Of a stretch of 32,000 nt of DNA, positions 10,129 to 19,378 are shown piece after piece (position 1 is the first letter of the stretch; every line of letters begins with the position of its first letter). The translations under genes were made by a program, and so were the position numbers. This stretch comes from Candidatus Saccharimonadota bacterium (GTDB taxonomy: Bacteria; Pseudomonadota; Gammaproteobacteria; Enterobacterales; Enterobacteriaceae), in the NCBI GenBank assembly GCA_049942765.1, contig CP188086.1:540001-572000 (forward strand). The letters are read 5' to 3'. The notes under the pieces were generated by a model. The model had not been told where the DNA came from and did not search any database. It worked only from the letters and a program-made list of their open reading frames with translations.

Positions 10129-11190
10129 CTATCTAAGAATATCCCTATTATGATAAATAGAAATTTTATCAAACATAATACCATGAGCTTGCATTTTTGT
10201 TTCAAAACAAGGCATAGATGATATTAAAAATGTACATACATGTTCATCCGGTGAAACACAATACATCAAAAAATTTTTATTTGAATACATAGTTAATTCT
10301 ATATATAGAAAATTTCGATCTTTATTATAAAAAAATAATTTTACTTGGGTTTTTTCATTCTCTTTCATTAATATTAAACGAATATTCAATAAATTATTAT
10401 GATCATAAAACATATTTTGATATATATAATATATATTAGATAATAATAAAAATAAACATACAGCATGATTATGCAATAAATCTATTTTTAAACAATTATT
10501 GTTATCACCAATATAACATGAGTATATTGAAACTATATTATTCGTTAACAAGAACTCATCTAGACAACTATATATATTGTCATTGACAGAAAATGATTCT
10601 GTTATATCATTATTCGCACCAATATTATTAAAATCTTGTATTCTACATATATCATCGTTAATATATAAATAACAATAACTATAATCAACATTATAAATAT
10701 TACTATGAAATATCACAAAATCATAACCACTAATAATCAAATGTATTTGATCATCTGATTTTAATACAAATTTATTAAGGTTAATGCTATTAAAAAAAAT
10801 ATCTCTATTATCAGTTAAATAATTATTTTTTGATTTATAGTTGAAATGATGATCTGTAATAAAAAATATATGTTTAAAATAATTATAATCATCAGTATTA
10901 ACTAATAATTTTATCACATTTTTGTTTTTTATAAGATATTTATTATAGTTAGAAATATCATTAATTATAGAATTACAAGAATACTTATTTAAAGTGACTG
11001 ATTTAGTATTTTTCTTACATATCAGTTTTTTATTAACTATATTTTTTATTTTATATAATAACTGATATTGATTTAATTTTATATCATCTAATTTTGATTT
11101 AAAAATATCTGATGCAACATGGGAGTGAGCATGATGCGTAGTTGAGTTATTTTTTAAAATTACACTATTAATTATTAATGACATTACCAC
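10129..11190 (-). CDS. fliK: putative flagellar hook-length control protein FliK (highly diverged)
   Basis: Called mainly on position: 2 nt after the fliJ stop, in the last slot of the fliFGHIJK operon. The C-terminal region shows a weak, hand-aligned match to the T3S4 domain of FliK: NFLMYCVSPDEHVCTFLISSMPCFETKMQAHGIMFDKISI versus E. coli [40 protein letters not shown]. The N-terminal two thirds have no recognisable similarity. Confidence 0.6.
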   Translation of the reverse strand: MVMSLIINSVILKNNSTTHHAHSHVASDIFKSKLDDIKLNQYQLLYKIKNIVNKKLICKKNTKSVTLNKYSCNSIINDISNYNKYLIKNKNVIKLLVNTDDYNYFKHIFFITDHHFNYKSKNNYLTDNRDIFFNSINLNKFVLKSDDQIHLIISGYDFVIFHSNIYNVDYSYCYLYINDDICRIQDFNNIGANNDITESFSVNDNIYSCLDEFLLTNNIVSIYSCYIGDNNNCLKIDLLHNHAVCLFLLLSNIYYIYQNMFYDHNNLLNIRLILMKENEKTQVKLFFYNKDRNFLYIELTMYSNKNFLMYCVSPDEHVCTFLISSMPCFETKMQAHGIMFDKISIYHNRDILR

Positions 11191-11192
11191 AA

Positions 11193-11633
11193 TTATCCTT
11201 TATTCAACCAACATAAAGCAGACAATAAATCATTATTATTTTGATTCACAGATTCCTTTTTTATAATATTATTACGTAATATAATTTTTTTTAATTTTTG
11301 ATATATGTTTTCTTGATTTTGGAAATCTTTTACACGATTTTTTACTGAATTAATATGATCCTTACATTTTAATAATTCTTCATTTTGTAACACAATATGT
11401 TTTTTTAATACTTTTATAAAATTAACATAACATATCATTCTATTAACAGTAATACCATTCTTCAAAGATTGAGAAAATAATATATTATATTCTTCGTAAA
11501 ATTTTATTAATTGACTAAGTTGACGAAACATATGGCTTTTTTTTACCATTTGTTTTTGCAAATCTAATATTACTAATTGCAATTTCATTTTTACTTTCGT
11601 TTCTAATATCATAATATGATTTATATCTACCAT
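11193..11633 (-). CDS. fliJ: flagellar export chaperone/stalk protein FliJ
   Basis: 146 aa (E. coli FliJ is 147 aa). Coiled-coil composition. Local match GITVNRMICYVNFIKVLKKHI versus E. coli [21 protein letters not shown]. It lies between fliI and fliK. Confidence 0.78.
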   Translation of the reverse strand: MVDINHIMILETKVKMKLQLVILDLQKQMVKKSHMFRQLSQLIKFYEEYNILFSQSLKNGITVNRMICYVNFIKVLKKHIVLQNEELLKCKDHINSVKNRVKDFQNQENIYQKLKKIILRNNIIKKESVNQNNNDLLSALCWLNKG

Positions 11634-11665
11634 AAAAACACCACATAATGTTTTAATTAAATTTA

Positions 11666-13060
11666 TTATCTATTAGTATTAACATCATTGAATAATTTTT
11701 CTAATTGCATATAAGAATCATTAAAAGATATATTTGATAGCATATCTTGCTGCAAAAATTTATCTAAATAAATTTTATATTTAACTGCTTTATCAAGTAA
11801 CACATTACAACCCTTTACATATGCACCCATATTAATCAAATCTTCATTTTTTTTGTATATAGATATTAATTGTTTTAAAAACAATGATTTATTTACATGT
11901 TCAACAGTCACTAAATTAGTCATAACCCTACTAATAGAACTAGAAATATCAATAGCAGGATAATGACCTAAATCAGCTAAAGCTCTAGATAACACTATAT
12001 GTCCATCCAAGACAGATTTAGCAATATCTGATACAGGATCATTAATTTCATCTTGTTCTGTTAATACTGTATATATTGCACTAATAGAACCATTATTTAA
12101 ATTAGAATTACCAGATCGTTCTATTAAATTAGGTAACATCGAAAAAACTGAAGATGGATAACCTTTTATTACAGGCAATTCTCCTAAAGATAATGAAATG
12201 TCACGCAATGACATTGCATATCTAGTCAAAGAATCCATAATTAATAATACATTTTTATTTTTATCTCGAAAGTATTCAGCTAACCTAGTGGCATATAATG
12301 CACCCTGAACTTTCGACAAAGCAGATGTATCTGCAGGTGCGGCAATTACCACAGAATGATTTAACCCTTCTTTACCTAATATATTTTCTATAAAATCTTT
12401 TACTTCTCTACCTCGTTCACCAATTAATGCAACAATGACTACATCAGCTACACTATATTTAGCTATCATACCTAACAAAACACTTTTACCAACACCTGAT
12501 CCAGAAAATAAACCAATTCTCTGACCCAAACCTACTGTTAAAAAAGAATTAATTGAACGTATACCTAGATCTAATATTTTTTTAATTGGTTTACGTTGTA
12601 ATGGATTAATTGTCTTAGCAGACAATGTATCATCATATGTATTCACACAAACAGCACCATGTTTATCTAATGGATTACCATAACCATCTAATATTCTACC
12701 TAAAACGTTACTACCCAATGGAACTTGTTTTTTTAATTTTTTGATTGTTATATCAACACTATAATTAAAAAATACACGATCTCCATAACATAAACCATCA
12801 ACAATTCCATCTAATGGAATAATAAACATTATATTATCTTTAAATCCCACAACTTCACATTGTTTTTTAACATCTTGATTCGAATATAATTTATCAATAA
12901 AACAAGTAGAACCTATAGGTAAATATATTCCTTTAACTTCTAATACTATACCCTTTATACCTACCAAACAACCAGACTTGATATACTGAGGTATGCTATA
13001 AATCTGAGATTCTAAAATGTCAATTTTTTTTAACCATTGATTAATTTTTAAATCAATCAC
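11666..13060 (-). CDS. fliI: flagellum-specific ATPase FliI
   Basis: 464 aa. Walker A GLFSGSGVGKSVLLGM, followed by GLIGERGREVKDFIENILG (identical to E. coli), and Walker B LLIMDSLTRYAM. The start codon is GTG (complement of 13058-13060) and overlaps the fliH TGA stop by 4 nt. Confidence 0.96.
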   Translation of the reverse strand: MIDLKINQWLKKIDILESQIYSIPQYIKSGCLVGIKGIVLEVKGIYLPIGSTCFIDKLYSNQDVKKQCEVVGFKDNIMFIIPLDGIVDGLCYGDRVFFNYSVDITIKKLKKQVPLGSNVLGRILDGYGNPLDKHGAVCVNTYDDTLSAKTINPLQRKPIKKILDLGIRSINSFLTVGLGQRIGLFSGSGVGKSVLLGMIAKYSVADVVIVALIGERGREVKDFIENILGKEGLNHSVVIAAPADTSALSKVQGALYATRLAEYFRDKNKNVLLIMDSLTRYAMSLRDISLSLGELPVIKGYPSSVFSMLPNLIERSGNSNLNNGSISAIYTVLTEQDEINDPVSDIAKSVLDGHIVLSRALADLGHYPAIDISSSISRVMTNLVTVEHVNKSLFLKQLISIYKKNEDLINMGAYVKGCNVLLDKAVKYKIYLDKFLQQDMLSNISFNDSYMQLEKLFNDVNTNR

Positions 13061-13764
13061 TTGTCTTCCTCTGTAATAATTAACCGAGATAACATATCAA
13101 GACGATTATCAATACTATAATCTAATTCACTTCCATCTAACAATGATATTTTACAACCATACAGATTAACTGAAGAATCTAAAAACAATATCCATCCATA
13201 TGAATTAATAATCTCTCCGAAAGTTGAATCTACCAAAAATTTATTTTTTGGATGTATATGCAATCTTAACTTTTGCAAAGATACAATATCTTTAGATAAA
13301 ATACATTTAATAGTATTCAACAACACTTTTTTTTCTAATTCCGGAGTATTTCCAATAATGTTTTTAGTTAAATTTAATACAATATCCAATAAACGTGACG
13401 AAACCATATTGTCTAATACACCTAGTGCCGATTGAAAATCTTGTATTAATTTTTTTATTGTGAGATAAAAGATTTTTTGTTCTTCTTCTATTTTTTTCTT
13501 TAAATCTAAATTATATCTATCCTCAATAAGATCATCTTTATGCATGATGTTATTTGGTATATTTATATTACTATTATTTAACGAAGTATACATTCCGTCA
13601 GCAACAATATGAGATGATAACGGGACGAACATATTATTTTCATTAGCCACTATAGATTCTTGATCCAATGATAATTTTTTTGATATTTTTGATAAAGAAT
13701 TTAATTCTTGACATTTATTTGGACGCCATCTTTTCCATTCTTTTGTATTAATAATATTAGACAT
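13057..13764 (-). CDS. fliH: flagellar export ATPase regulator FliH
   Basis: 235 aa (E. coli about 228 aa). Its position between fliG and fliI, its translational overlap with fliI, and its charged coiled-coil middle region support the call. Sequence similarity was judged by eye only and is weak. Confidence 0.75.
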   Translation of the reverse strand: MSNIINTKEWKRWRPNKCQELNSLSKISKKLSLDQESIVANENNMFVPLSSHIVADGMYTSLNNSNINIPNNIMHKDDLIEDRYNLDLKKKIEEEQKIFYLTIKKLIQDFQSALGVLDNMVSSRLLDIVLNLTKNIIGNTPELEKKVLLNTIKCILSKDIVSLQKLRLHIHPKNKFLVDSTFGEIINSYGWILFLDSSVNLYGCKISLLDGSELDYSIDNRLDMLSRLIITEEDK

Positions 13765-13768
13765 TACA

Positions 13769-14755
13769 TTACTCCAATGTAGTCAATGACATTTTTCCAT
13801 TATCTAATAAATTTTTAATTAACATAACTATATACGTTTTTTTCTCTTCCAATACTACATCAGAAACATTTTTATCTTTATAACAGTTCTTTTTAAAATT
13901 TTTTATATCTATTTCAGACATATTATTTAAGAATTTTTTTTGTATTAACACATCACTATGCTGCATCACAAAGAATAATTTTTTTTTATCAATTTCATTG
14001 ATAATCATTTTAATATTAATATCACTTAAATCTAAAATATTTTTAAAAACAAACATTGAATTTTTTACTTTAGTAACAACATTATCATTATATAATGTCA
14101 TAATATGCAATATTTTTTTTTCAATCGAGTCCTTAACTAGTTTTAAAATTTCAGCAGTAACCTTAATTCCATTAATTTTCTTAAATAAACAATTATGATA
14201 TTCTATCAGAATATCTACAAATTTTAAAAATTCCATCATTACCTTTCTAGTAATAAATTGAAATCGCGTTAGTCGTAACATAATTTCTACTTGCACATTT
14301 TGATTAAATAATACTACAATATTAGCTGCTAAATCACGTTCAATACATAATACTAACATCGTAATAATTTGAATATGTTCATTCTTAATTAATAAAAATA
14401 ACTCTTCAGCATCTAAATGATTAAGTAAGTTTAAATTTTTTGTTGTAGAATTCATGATTATTTCTTCGTCTAATAATCGAATGGCTTCTTCCTCACCTAA
14501 TACATTTTTTAACATAGGAAACAAATAATCTTGAAGATTTTTTGAATGCAAATGTTTATTATTTTCAGAAAAATTTTTAAATTCTTCCAACACAGAAGAA
14601 TCGTACTTTAATTCAGCACGACTTATCTTTAACATAACAGCTGTTAATAATTTAATTTCTTTAGGTTTTAAATAACTTAATATTGTAGATGCCTGTTCAT
14701 CACTTAAAGACATTAATAACAAAGCACTTTTTTCTATTCCTTTTATATTTACCAT
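13769..14755 (-). CDS. fliG: flagellar rotor / C-ring protein FliG
   Basis: 328 aa (E. coli 331 aa). Shows the KSA.LL+SL..+.A..+...L...EI..L N-terminal pattern, the conserved MFVF motif, and a C-terminal ungapped match to E. coli ...KFL.NMS......................E..K.......I..L...G.M. Its start overlaps the fliF stop (TAATG). Confidence 0.9.
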   Translation of the reverse strand: MVNIKGIEKSALLLMSLSDEQASTILSYLKPKEIKLLTAVMLKISRAELKYDSSVLEEFKNFSENNKHLHSKNLQDYLFPMLKNVLGEEEAIRLLDEEIIMNSTTKNLNLLNHLDAEELFLLIKNEHIQIITMLVLCIERDLAANIVVLFNQNVQVEIMLRLTRFQFITRKVMMEFLKFVDILIEYHNCLFKKINGIKVTAEILKLVKDSIEKKILHIMTLYNDNVVTKVKNSMFVFKNILDLSDINIKMIINEIDKKKLFFVMQHSDVLIQKKFLNNMSEIDIKNFKKNCYKDKNVSDVVLEEKKTYIVMLIKNLLDNGKMSLTTLE

Positions 14756-16611
14756 TATTTATCACCACTTATCCATTTTTGAATCATTAAAGCAGCCACA
14801 CGTGAATCATTTTTAGTTTTATCATTTCCAATATTATCAGAATTTTCTTCATTAAGAATATCATCATGTACATTTTTATTCTTGTCTTCAAGTACTACTT
14901 TTTCTTCTTTGACAAGTTCCACATTAGGAGTATCTAATTGATTTTGCAACTTACTTTGTGATAATAAAACTTTATTATTTTTTTTATATTTCATTATTTT
15001 ATATTGATAATATATTATTAAAATAAACATAAAAAATAATGCTATCGGAGAATAAAACAACATGTTTTTATTAAAATTTTTACTAATAAATTCATTTATA
15101 TTATTTTGTACACTATAATTCATCGTTCTATCAATTATTTTTTGTACAATATTTCCTATTCTATCAATTATATTGATATGTTTTTCATTAACATTATTAT
15201 CTGATAAAACATAATTAGTTTTTGTTGGTTCTATTTTTTTTACAACAGGGTTATTAAAAAATTTAGCATTAACTACATGTACAGAATCTTGTCGGTCTTG
15301 AGAATATCCAATTACTTCACAAATTAAATCCTTTATTTGACCCAATAACTTCTTACTTAAGGGAACCAAATCTCCTTTTTTATTTTTAATATAGTTAACA
15401 ACCACTGCAACAGAAAGTCGTTTTACATCACCTATGTTTACTTTTACATGTGAAATCATATGATCCAATTCGTAATTAACTATTTTATCTTGTTGTATAT
15501 TGGATTGACTAGGAATTTCCTCTGATATAATCGATTGATTATTCTTTACATCATTATTAACAGAATCAAAAAACTCGTTATGATTATTTAATGAACTAGT
15601 ATTATTAGATTTAGAAGAATCACTATTAATCATATTATGATCATGCATTACCGATTTCTGTGATTTATCTGTTTCTATTTGAGAATGATGTGTTATTTGT
15701 TCTGATCTAATAGATTTATTTTGATTATCATAATTAGGATGAAATTTATCTTCACTACGCGTTTCGCTATTAAAATTTATTTTAGCTGTTACGGTTGCAT
15801 GAATATTGCCTAATCCAAGTAATGGTGTTAAAATTTTTTCTATCCTATTACTATATTGATCTTCAAGCAACTTAGTGTAAGTTAATTGAGAACTATTAAT
15901 AACACTATAACCATTATTTGAATGAGTTAATAAATGACCTAATTCATCTATAATAGAAATATCCTTCATAGATAAACCAGAAACACTACTAGAAACTAAA
16001 TGCATAATAGCACGAATTTGTTCTTCATTAAGAGTTCTACCTCTATATAAAGTAACCACTATAGAAGCAGATGGTTGTTTTTTTTCATTTAAAAATAATG
16101 ATTCTTTTGGTATAGATATATGTACTCTCGCATCTTGAATAGATTCTATGCGTAAAATACTACGTGCTAACTCTCCTTCTAAAGCTCTATAATAATTAAT
16201 GTGTTCTAAATAATGACTACCACCAAATTGATTTTTATCTAATAACTCAAAACCTACATTACCACCTTTAGGTAATCCTATTTCAGCTAATCTAAATCTT
16301 ACTTCATAAACTTGATTCTCCGGTACTAATAATAAACCAGAGTCTTGTGTAAATTTATAAGGTATGTTCATTTGTTTCAATTGTGTAATAATTGCCCCTC
16401 CATCAACATTAGTTAAATTATTATACAACGTTTTATAAGGATGAGATTGAAAAAAATGAGAGAGAGATCCAATAATAATAATCCCAACAATAAATAAAAT
16501 AAAAAATATACGATACGGATTTGAAAAATAACTAAAAAAATTTTTATTACTCATAAAATCATTATTACTTGAAGTCTGACTATTAGTATTACTTGATTTG
16601 TTCACATCCAT
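14755..16611 (-). CDS. fliF: flagellar MS-ring protein FliF
   Basis: 618 aa. Matches E. coli FliF in DGGAI..QL.QMNIPY.F, LPKGG.VGFELLD...FG.S...E..NY.RALEGELAR.I, ARVH...PK.SLF...K.PSAS+.VTL..GR.L.E.QI.A..HLVSS.V.GL, DV.RLSVAVVVNY, and the C-terminal FliG-binding tail D.RV.AL.I..W+S.D. A perfect AGGAGG SD lies 5 nt upstream. Confidence 0.93.
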   Translation of the reverse strand: MDVNKSSNTNSQTSSNNDFMSNKNFFSYFSNPYRIFFILFIVGIIIIGSLSHFFQSHPYKTLYNNLTNVDGGAIITQLKQMNIPYKFTQDSGLLLVPENQVYEVRFRLAEIGLPKGGNVGFELLDKNQFGGSHYLEHINYYRALEGELARSILRIESIQDARVHISIPKESLFLNEKKQPSASIVVTLYRGRTLNEEQIRAIMHLVSSSVSGLSMKDISIIDELGHLLTHSNNGYSVINSSQLTYTKLLEDQYSNRIEKILTPLLGLGNIHATVTAKINFNSETRSEDKFHPNYDNQNKSIRSEQITHHSQIETDKSQKSVMHDHNMINSDSSKSNNTSSLNNHNEFFDSVNNDVKNNQSIISEEIPSQSNIQQDKIVNYELDHMISHVKVNIGDVKRLSVAVVVNYIKNKKGDLVPLSKKLLGQIKDLICEVIGYSQDRQDSVHVVNAKFFNNPVVKKIEPTKTNYVLSDNNVNEKHINIIDRIGNIVQKIIDRTMNYSVQNNINEFISKNFNKNMLFYSPIALFFMFILIIYYQYKIMKYKKNNKVLLSQSKLQNQLDTPNVELVKEEKVVLEDKNKNVHDDILNEENSDNIGNDKTKNDSRVAALMIQKWISGDK

Positions 16612-16845
16612 GAAACCTCCTAATGCATTATGATGAATTTAATTAAAATATTTCAATATAAAACACAAACAATATCTAGAATTAAATTTTATAAAACGAT
16701 ATAATAGTAGTTAAGTATAGTCTATTAAATTAGATTCATAACAACAACTGTTATACTTCTAATTTATAAAGTTTTTTATATACACATATAATATTTTATG
16801 TTATATAAAAAACAACACTATTAAAAAAAAAAAGAGGAAAAAAAA

Positions 16846-17169
16846 ATGTTAACTGAAGGCATAAAACTAAACAATAATATAGATAAAATTAATTCCAACA
16901 ATTCAATTACTAACAATAACAATATAAAAAACAACGATAAAGTATCTAGTATACCTTCTCAATTTCAGTCAGAATTAAATAAAGTAATTAATGCATCAAA
17001 TAATACAACTAATATAGATTCAAAAGAATCAAACAATGATATCACTAAAGATGCTCCACAAGATGAAGCAATTAAGTCAGAGGAATCATCTTTATTACTA
17101 CAATTTGCTGTGACAATTCGAAATAAAATTGTATCTGCATACAATAACATCATGAATATACAACTATAA
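16846..17169 (+). CDS. fliE: flagellar basal-body protein FliE
   Basis: 107 aa (E. coli 104 aa). The C-terminus LQFAVTIRNKIVSAYNNIMNIQL matches the E. coli ..Q.RNKLVAAYQEVMSMQV end. It is divergent from fliF as in enterobacteria. An AGAGGA SD sits between two poly(A) runs. Confidence 0.88.
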   Translation: MLTEGIKLNNNIDKINSNNSITNNNNIKNNDKVSSIPSQFQSELNKVINASNNTTNIDSKESNNDITKDAPQDEAIKSEESSLLLQFAVTIRNKIVSAYNNIMNIQL

Positions 17170-17210
17170 CAACAAACAATATAGTAATGTTTTTAATAAA
17201 TTAGTAAAAA

Positions 17211-17244
17211 ATAATTCACTGATATGTATATACCAGTGAATTAT
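17211..17244 (+). terminator. hairpin downstream of fliE (candidate intrinsic terminator)
   Basis: Perfect 11-bp inverted repeat ATAATTCACTG (17211-17221) / CAGTGAATTAT (17234-17244) with a 12-nt loop, 42 nt after the fliE stop. It includes 3 G:C pairs, which is unusual in this background. The trailing sequence ATATTTATAAT is only a weak U-tract. Confidence 0.45.
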
Positions 17245-17468
17245 ATATTTATAATATATCAATTTACACATAATTAATAAACACATATATATATGATCAT
17301 ATAGATCATATCAAAACTTATCATATAAAAAATTAAAATACTATTAATTCAATATTATTATCTAAGACCTATATTTATTATATATAATTACTTATTAATA
17401 TAAAATTAATCTCAATATAAATCATTCAAAATATATATTGATAACTATATAATTAACTATATCATAAT

Positions 17469-17543
17469 TGGAGTTGAGCGGATTCGAACCGCTAATCTTT
17501 TGCATGCCATGCAAATGCTTTTACCAAAATAAGCTACAACCCC
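17469..17543 (-). tRNA. tRNA-Ala (anticodon GGC)
   Basis: Hand-folded cloverleaf: acceptor GGGGTTG/CAACTCC with the G3:U70 alanine identity pair, anticodon loop AT-GGC-AT, T-arm AGCGG-TTCGAAT-CCGCT, discriminator A. The 3' CCA is not encoded (followed by ATT). Confidence 0.9.
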
Positions 17544-17703
17544 TAACTAAATAAAAAATATATTATTAATTAATAAAACAATAACTAACAAAAATATACA
17601 ATGAAAACACTTAAATAAAAAGAGTTATTTAACAAGAAATATTTTGATTGCAACAACAATTTATATAGAAAAAACTGTTAAACAATAAAACTTATAATTT
17701 ATA

Positions 17704-19110
17704 CTATAAAAAAGCTAGTTCTGATATAAAATAATCAATTCTCATTAAAGATCTTTTTTTTCCTAAATAAAACAATATGATATAAACACTAGGAGCCGAC
17801 AACTGACCTGTTAAAGCTACTCGTAAGGGCATACCTAATTCTTTAAATAATACTTTGTGATCTACAATACATTTTTGAATAACACTAGATAACGTTTCAA
17901 TACACCAATCTAAGATCAACCCTAGTCTTTTCTTTACATCCTCCATAATATTTAATGTTTTATCATTTAAACATGATTTGAATTTATTTAAATCATATGT
18001 CACATAATCTATATAAAAATATTTAGAATTAAACACCATTTCTTGTAATGTTTTAGACCTAGGACCCATGATATCAATTAAAGTAGGAAAACTTGGACCA
18101 TGTTTAACATCTAATTTTTCTAAATAAAAAAACTTCTCCAATAAATTAGCAATATATTTTTTAGATAATGTATTAATATAATAATTGTTGAACCATAATA
18201 ACTTATTAATATCAAAAACACTTGATGATGAACTAACATCTTTTAATGTAAATAAATTTCTCATCTCAGACAAAGAAAAAATTTCTTGATTTCCATAAGA
18301 CCAACCTAACCTTACTAAATAATTTAAAATAGCTTCAGGTAAATAACCAAGTGATCGATACTCTAAAATAGAACTTACAGTAGAATCACGTTTAGATAGT
18401 TTTTGTTTAAGTGGATTTAAAATCATAGAAACATGAGCGTATTGAGGTATTTTTTTTCCTAACGACTTAAGGATATTAATTTGTCTAGGAGTATTATTAA
18501 TATGATCTTCACCACGAATAACATGTGTTATTTCCATATCACTATCATCAACTACTACCGCAAAATTATAAGTAGGCATACCATTACTGCGTTGTAAAAT
18601 AAGATCATCTAATTCATGATTGTGATATTGTATTATACCTCGAATATCATCATTAAATGATACTATTCCCGTAATTGGATTACAAAATCTAACTACATAA
18701 GGAACAGAATTAGGATATCTAATTTTTATATTTCTGCAATATCGATCATATTTCGGTTTTAATCCTTGAGATAATTGTATTATTCTTAATTTTTTTAATC
18801 TATCTATTGAACAATAACAACGATAAGCGATATTGTTTTTTAACATAAAGTCAATAACTTCTTGATAACGAGATAAACGTTTGCTTTGAAAATAAGGACC
18901 TTCATCCCAATCCAATCCTAACCACTTCAATCCATTTACAATAGAATTTAAAGAATCAGAACTTGAACGATCAATATCAGTATCTTCTATACGAAGCAAA
19001 AAAATACCATTTTGAGATTTAGAAAATAACCATGAATACAATGCAGTTCTCACACTACCAATATGTAAATTACCGCTAGGACTTGGAGAAAAACGAGTTT
19101 TAATTTTCAT
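17704..19110 (-). CDS. gltX: glutamyl-tRNA synthetase
   Basis: 468 aa. Class I signature MKIKTRF.PSPSG.LH+G..RTALYSWLF, the KLSKR (KMSKS-type) motif, and the AYRCYCS block as in E. coli GluRS. Confidence 0.95.
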   Translation of the reverse strand: MKIKTRFSPSPSGNLHIGSVRTALYSWLFSKSQNGIFLLRIEDTDIDRSSSDSLNSIVNGLKWLGLDWDEGPYFQSKRLSRYQEVIDFMLKNNIAYRCYCSIDRLKKLRIIQLSQGLKPKYDRYCRNIKIRYPNSVPYVVRFCNPITGIVSFNDDIRGIIQYHNHELDDLILQRSNGMPTYNFAVVVDDSDMEITHVIRGEDHINNTPRQINILKSLGKKIPQYAHVSMILNPLKQKLSKRDSTVSSILEYRSLGYLPEAILNYLVRLGWSYGNQEIFSLSEMRNLFTLKDVSSSSSVFDINKLLWFNNYYINTLSKKYIANLLEKFFYLEKLDVKHGPSFPTLIDIMGPRSKTLQEMVFNSKYFYIDYVTYDLNKFKSCLNDKTLNIMEDVKKRLGLILDWCIETLSSVIQKCIVDHKVLFKELGMPLRVALTGQLSAPSVYIILFYLGKKRSLMRIDYFISELAFL

Positions 19111-19290
19111 TCAATCAGATCTCAATTAAATATTTTAAAAATAAAAAATAAAATATAAATAACTATTTGATTTTTATAAAAAAAAAATATAGAATTAAAA
19201 ATTCATTACTAATTAATATAATGAAATTAGAAATTATAACAATTATTAAATTATATTATTCGGTATATAAAAAAAATTTTAAAAATAAAT

Positions 19291-19363
19291 AGGTGATTAG
19301 CTCAGTTGGTAGAGCGCCTCCTTTACACGGAGGATGTCGGCGGTTCAAATCCGTCATCACCTA
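19291..19363 (+). tRNA. tRNA-Val (anticodon UAC)
   Basis: Nearly colinear with E. coli tRNA-Val(UAC). Acceptor AGGTGAT/ATCACCT (A1:U72 instead of G1:C72), anticodon arm CCTCC-TT-TAC-AC-GGAGG, T-arm GGCGG-TTCAAAT-CCGTC. CCA is not encoded. Confidence 0.92.
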
Positions 19364-19378
19364 AGAATATCAATTTGG

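Noticed and set aside
13998-14198. 66-aa ORF antisense to fliG
   Set aside because: It lies entirely inside the well-supported fliG. Its hydrophobic low-complexity translation is a composition artefact.
16965-17153. 62-aa ORF antisense to fliE
   Set aside because: It lies inside fliE, whose C-terminus matches FliE orthologs. There is no independent support.
17295-17312. Direct repeat GATCATATA-GATCATATC (two GATC sites) between fliE and tRNA-Ala
   Set aside because: It has only two short units and no further copies in the window. There is no basis for a Dam/SeqA or origin function, and no DnaA-box cluster is present anywhere in the window.
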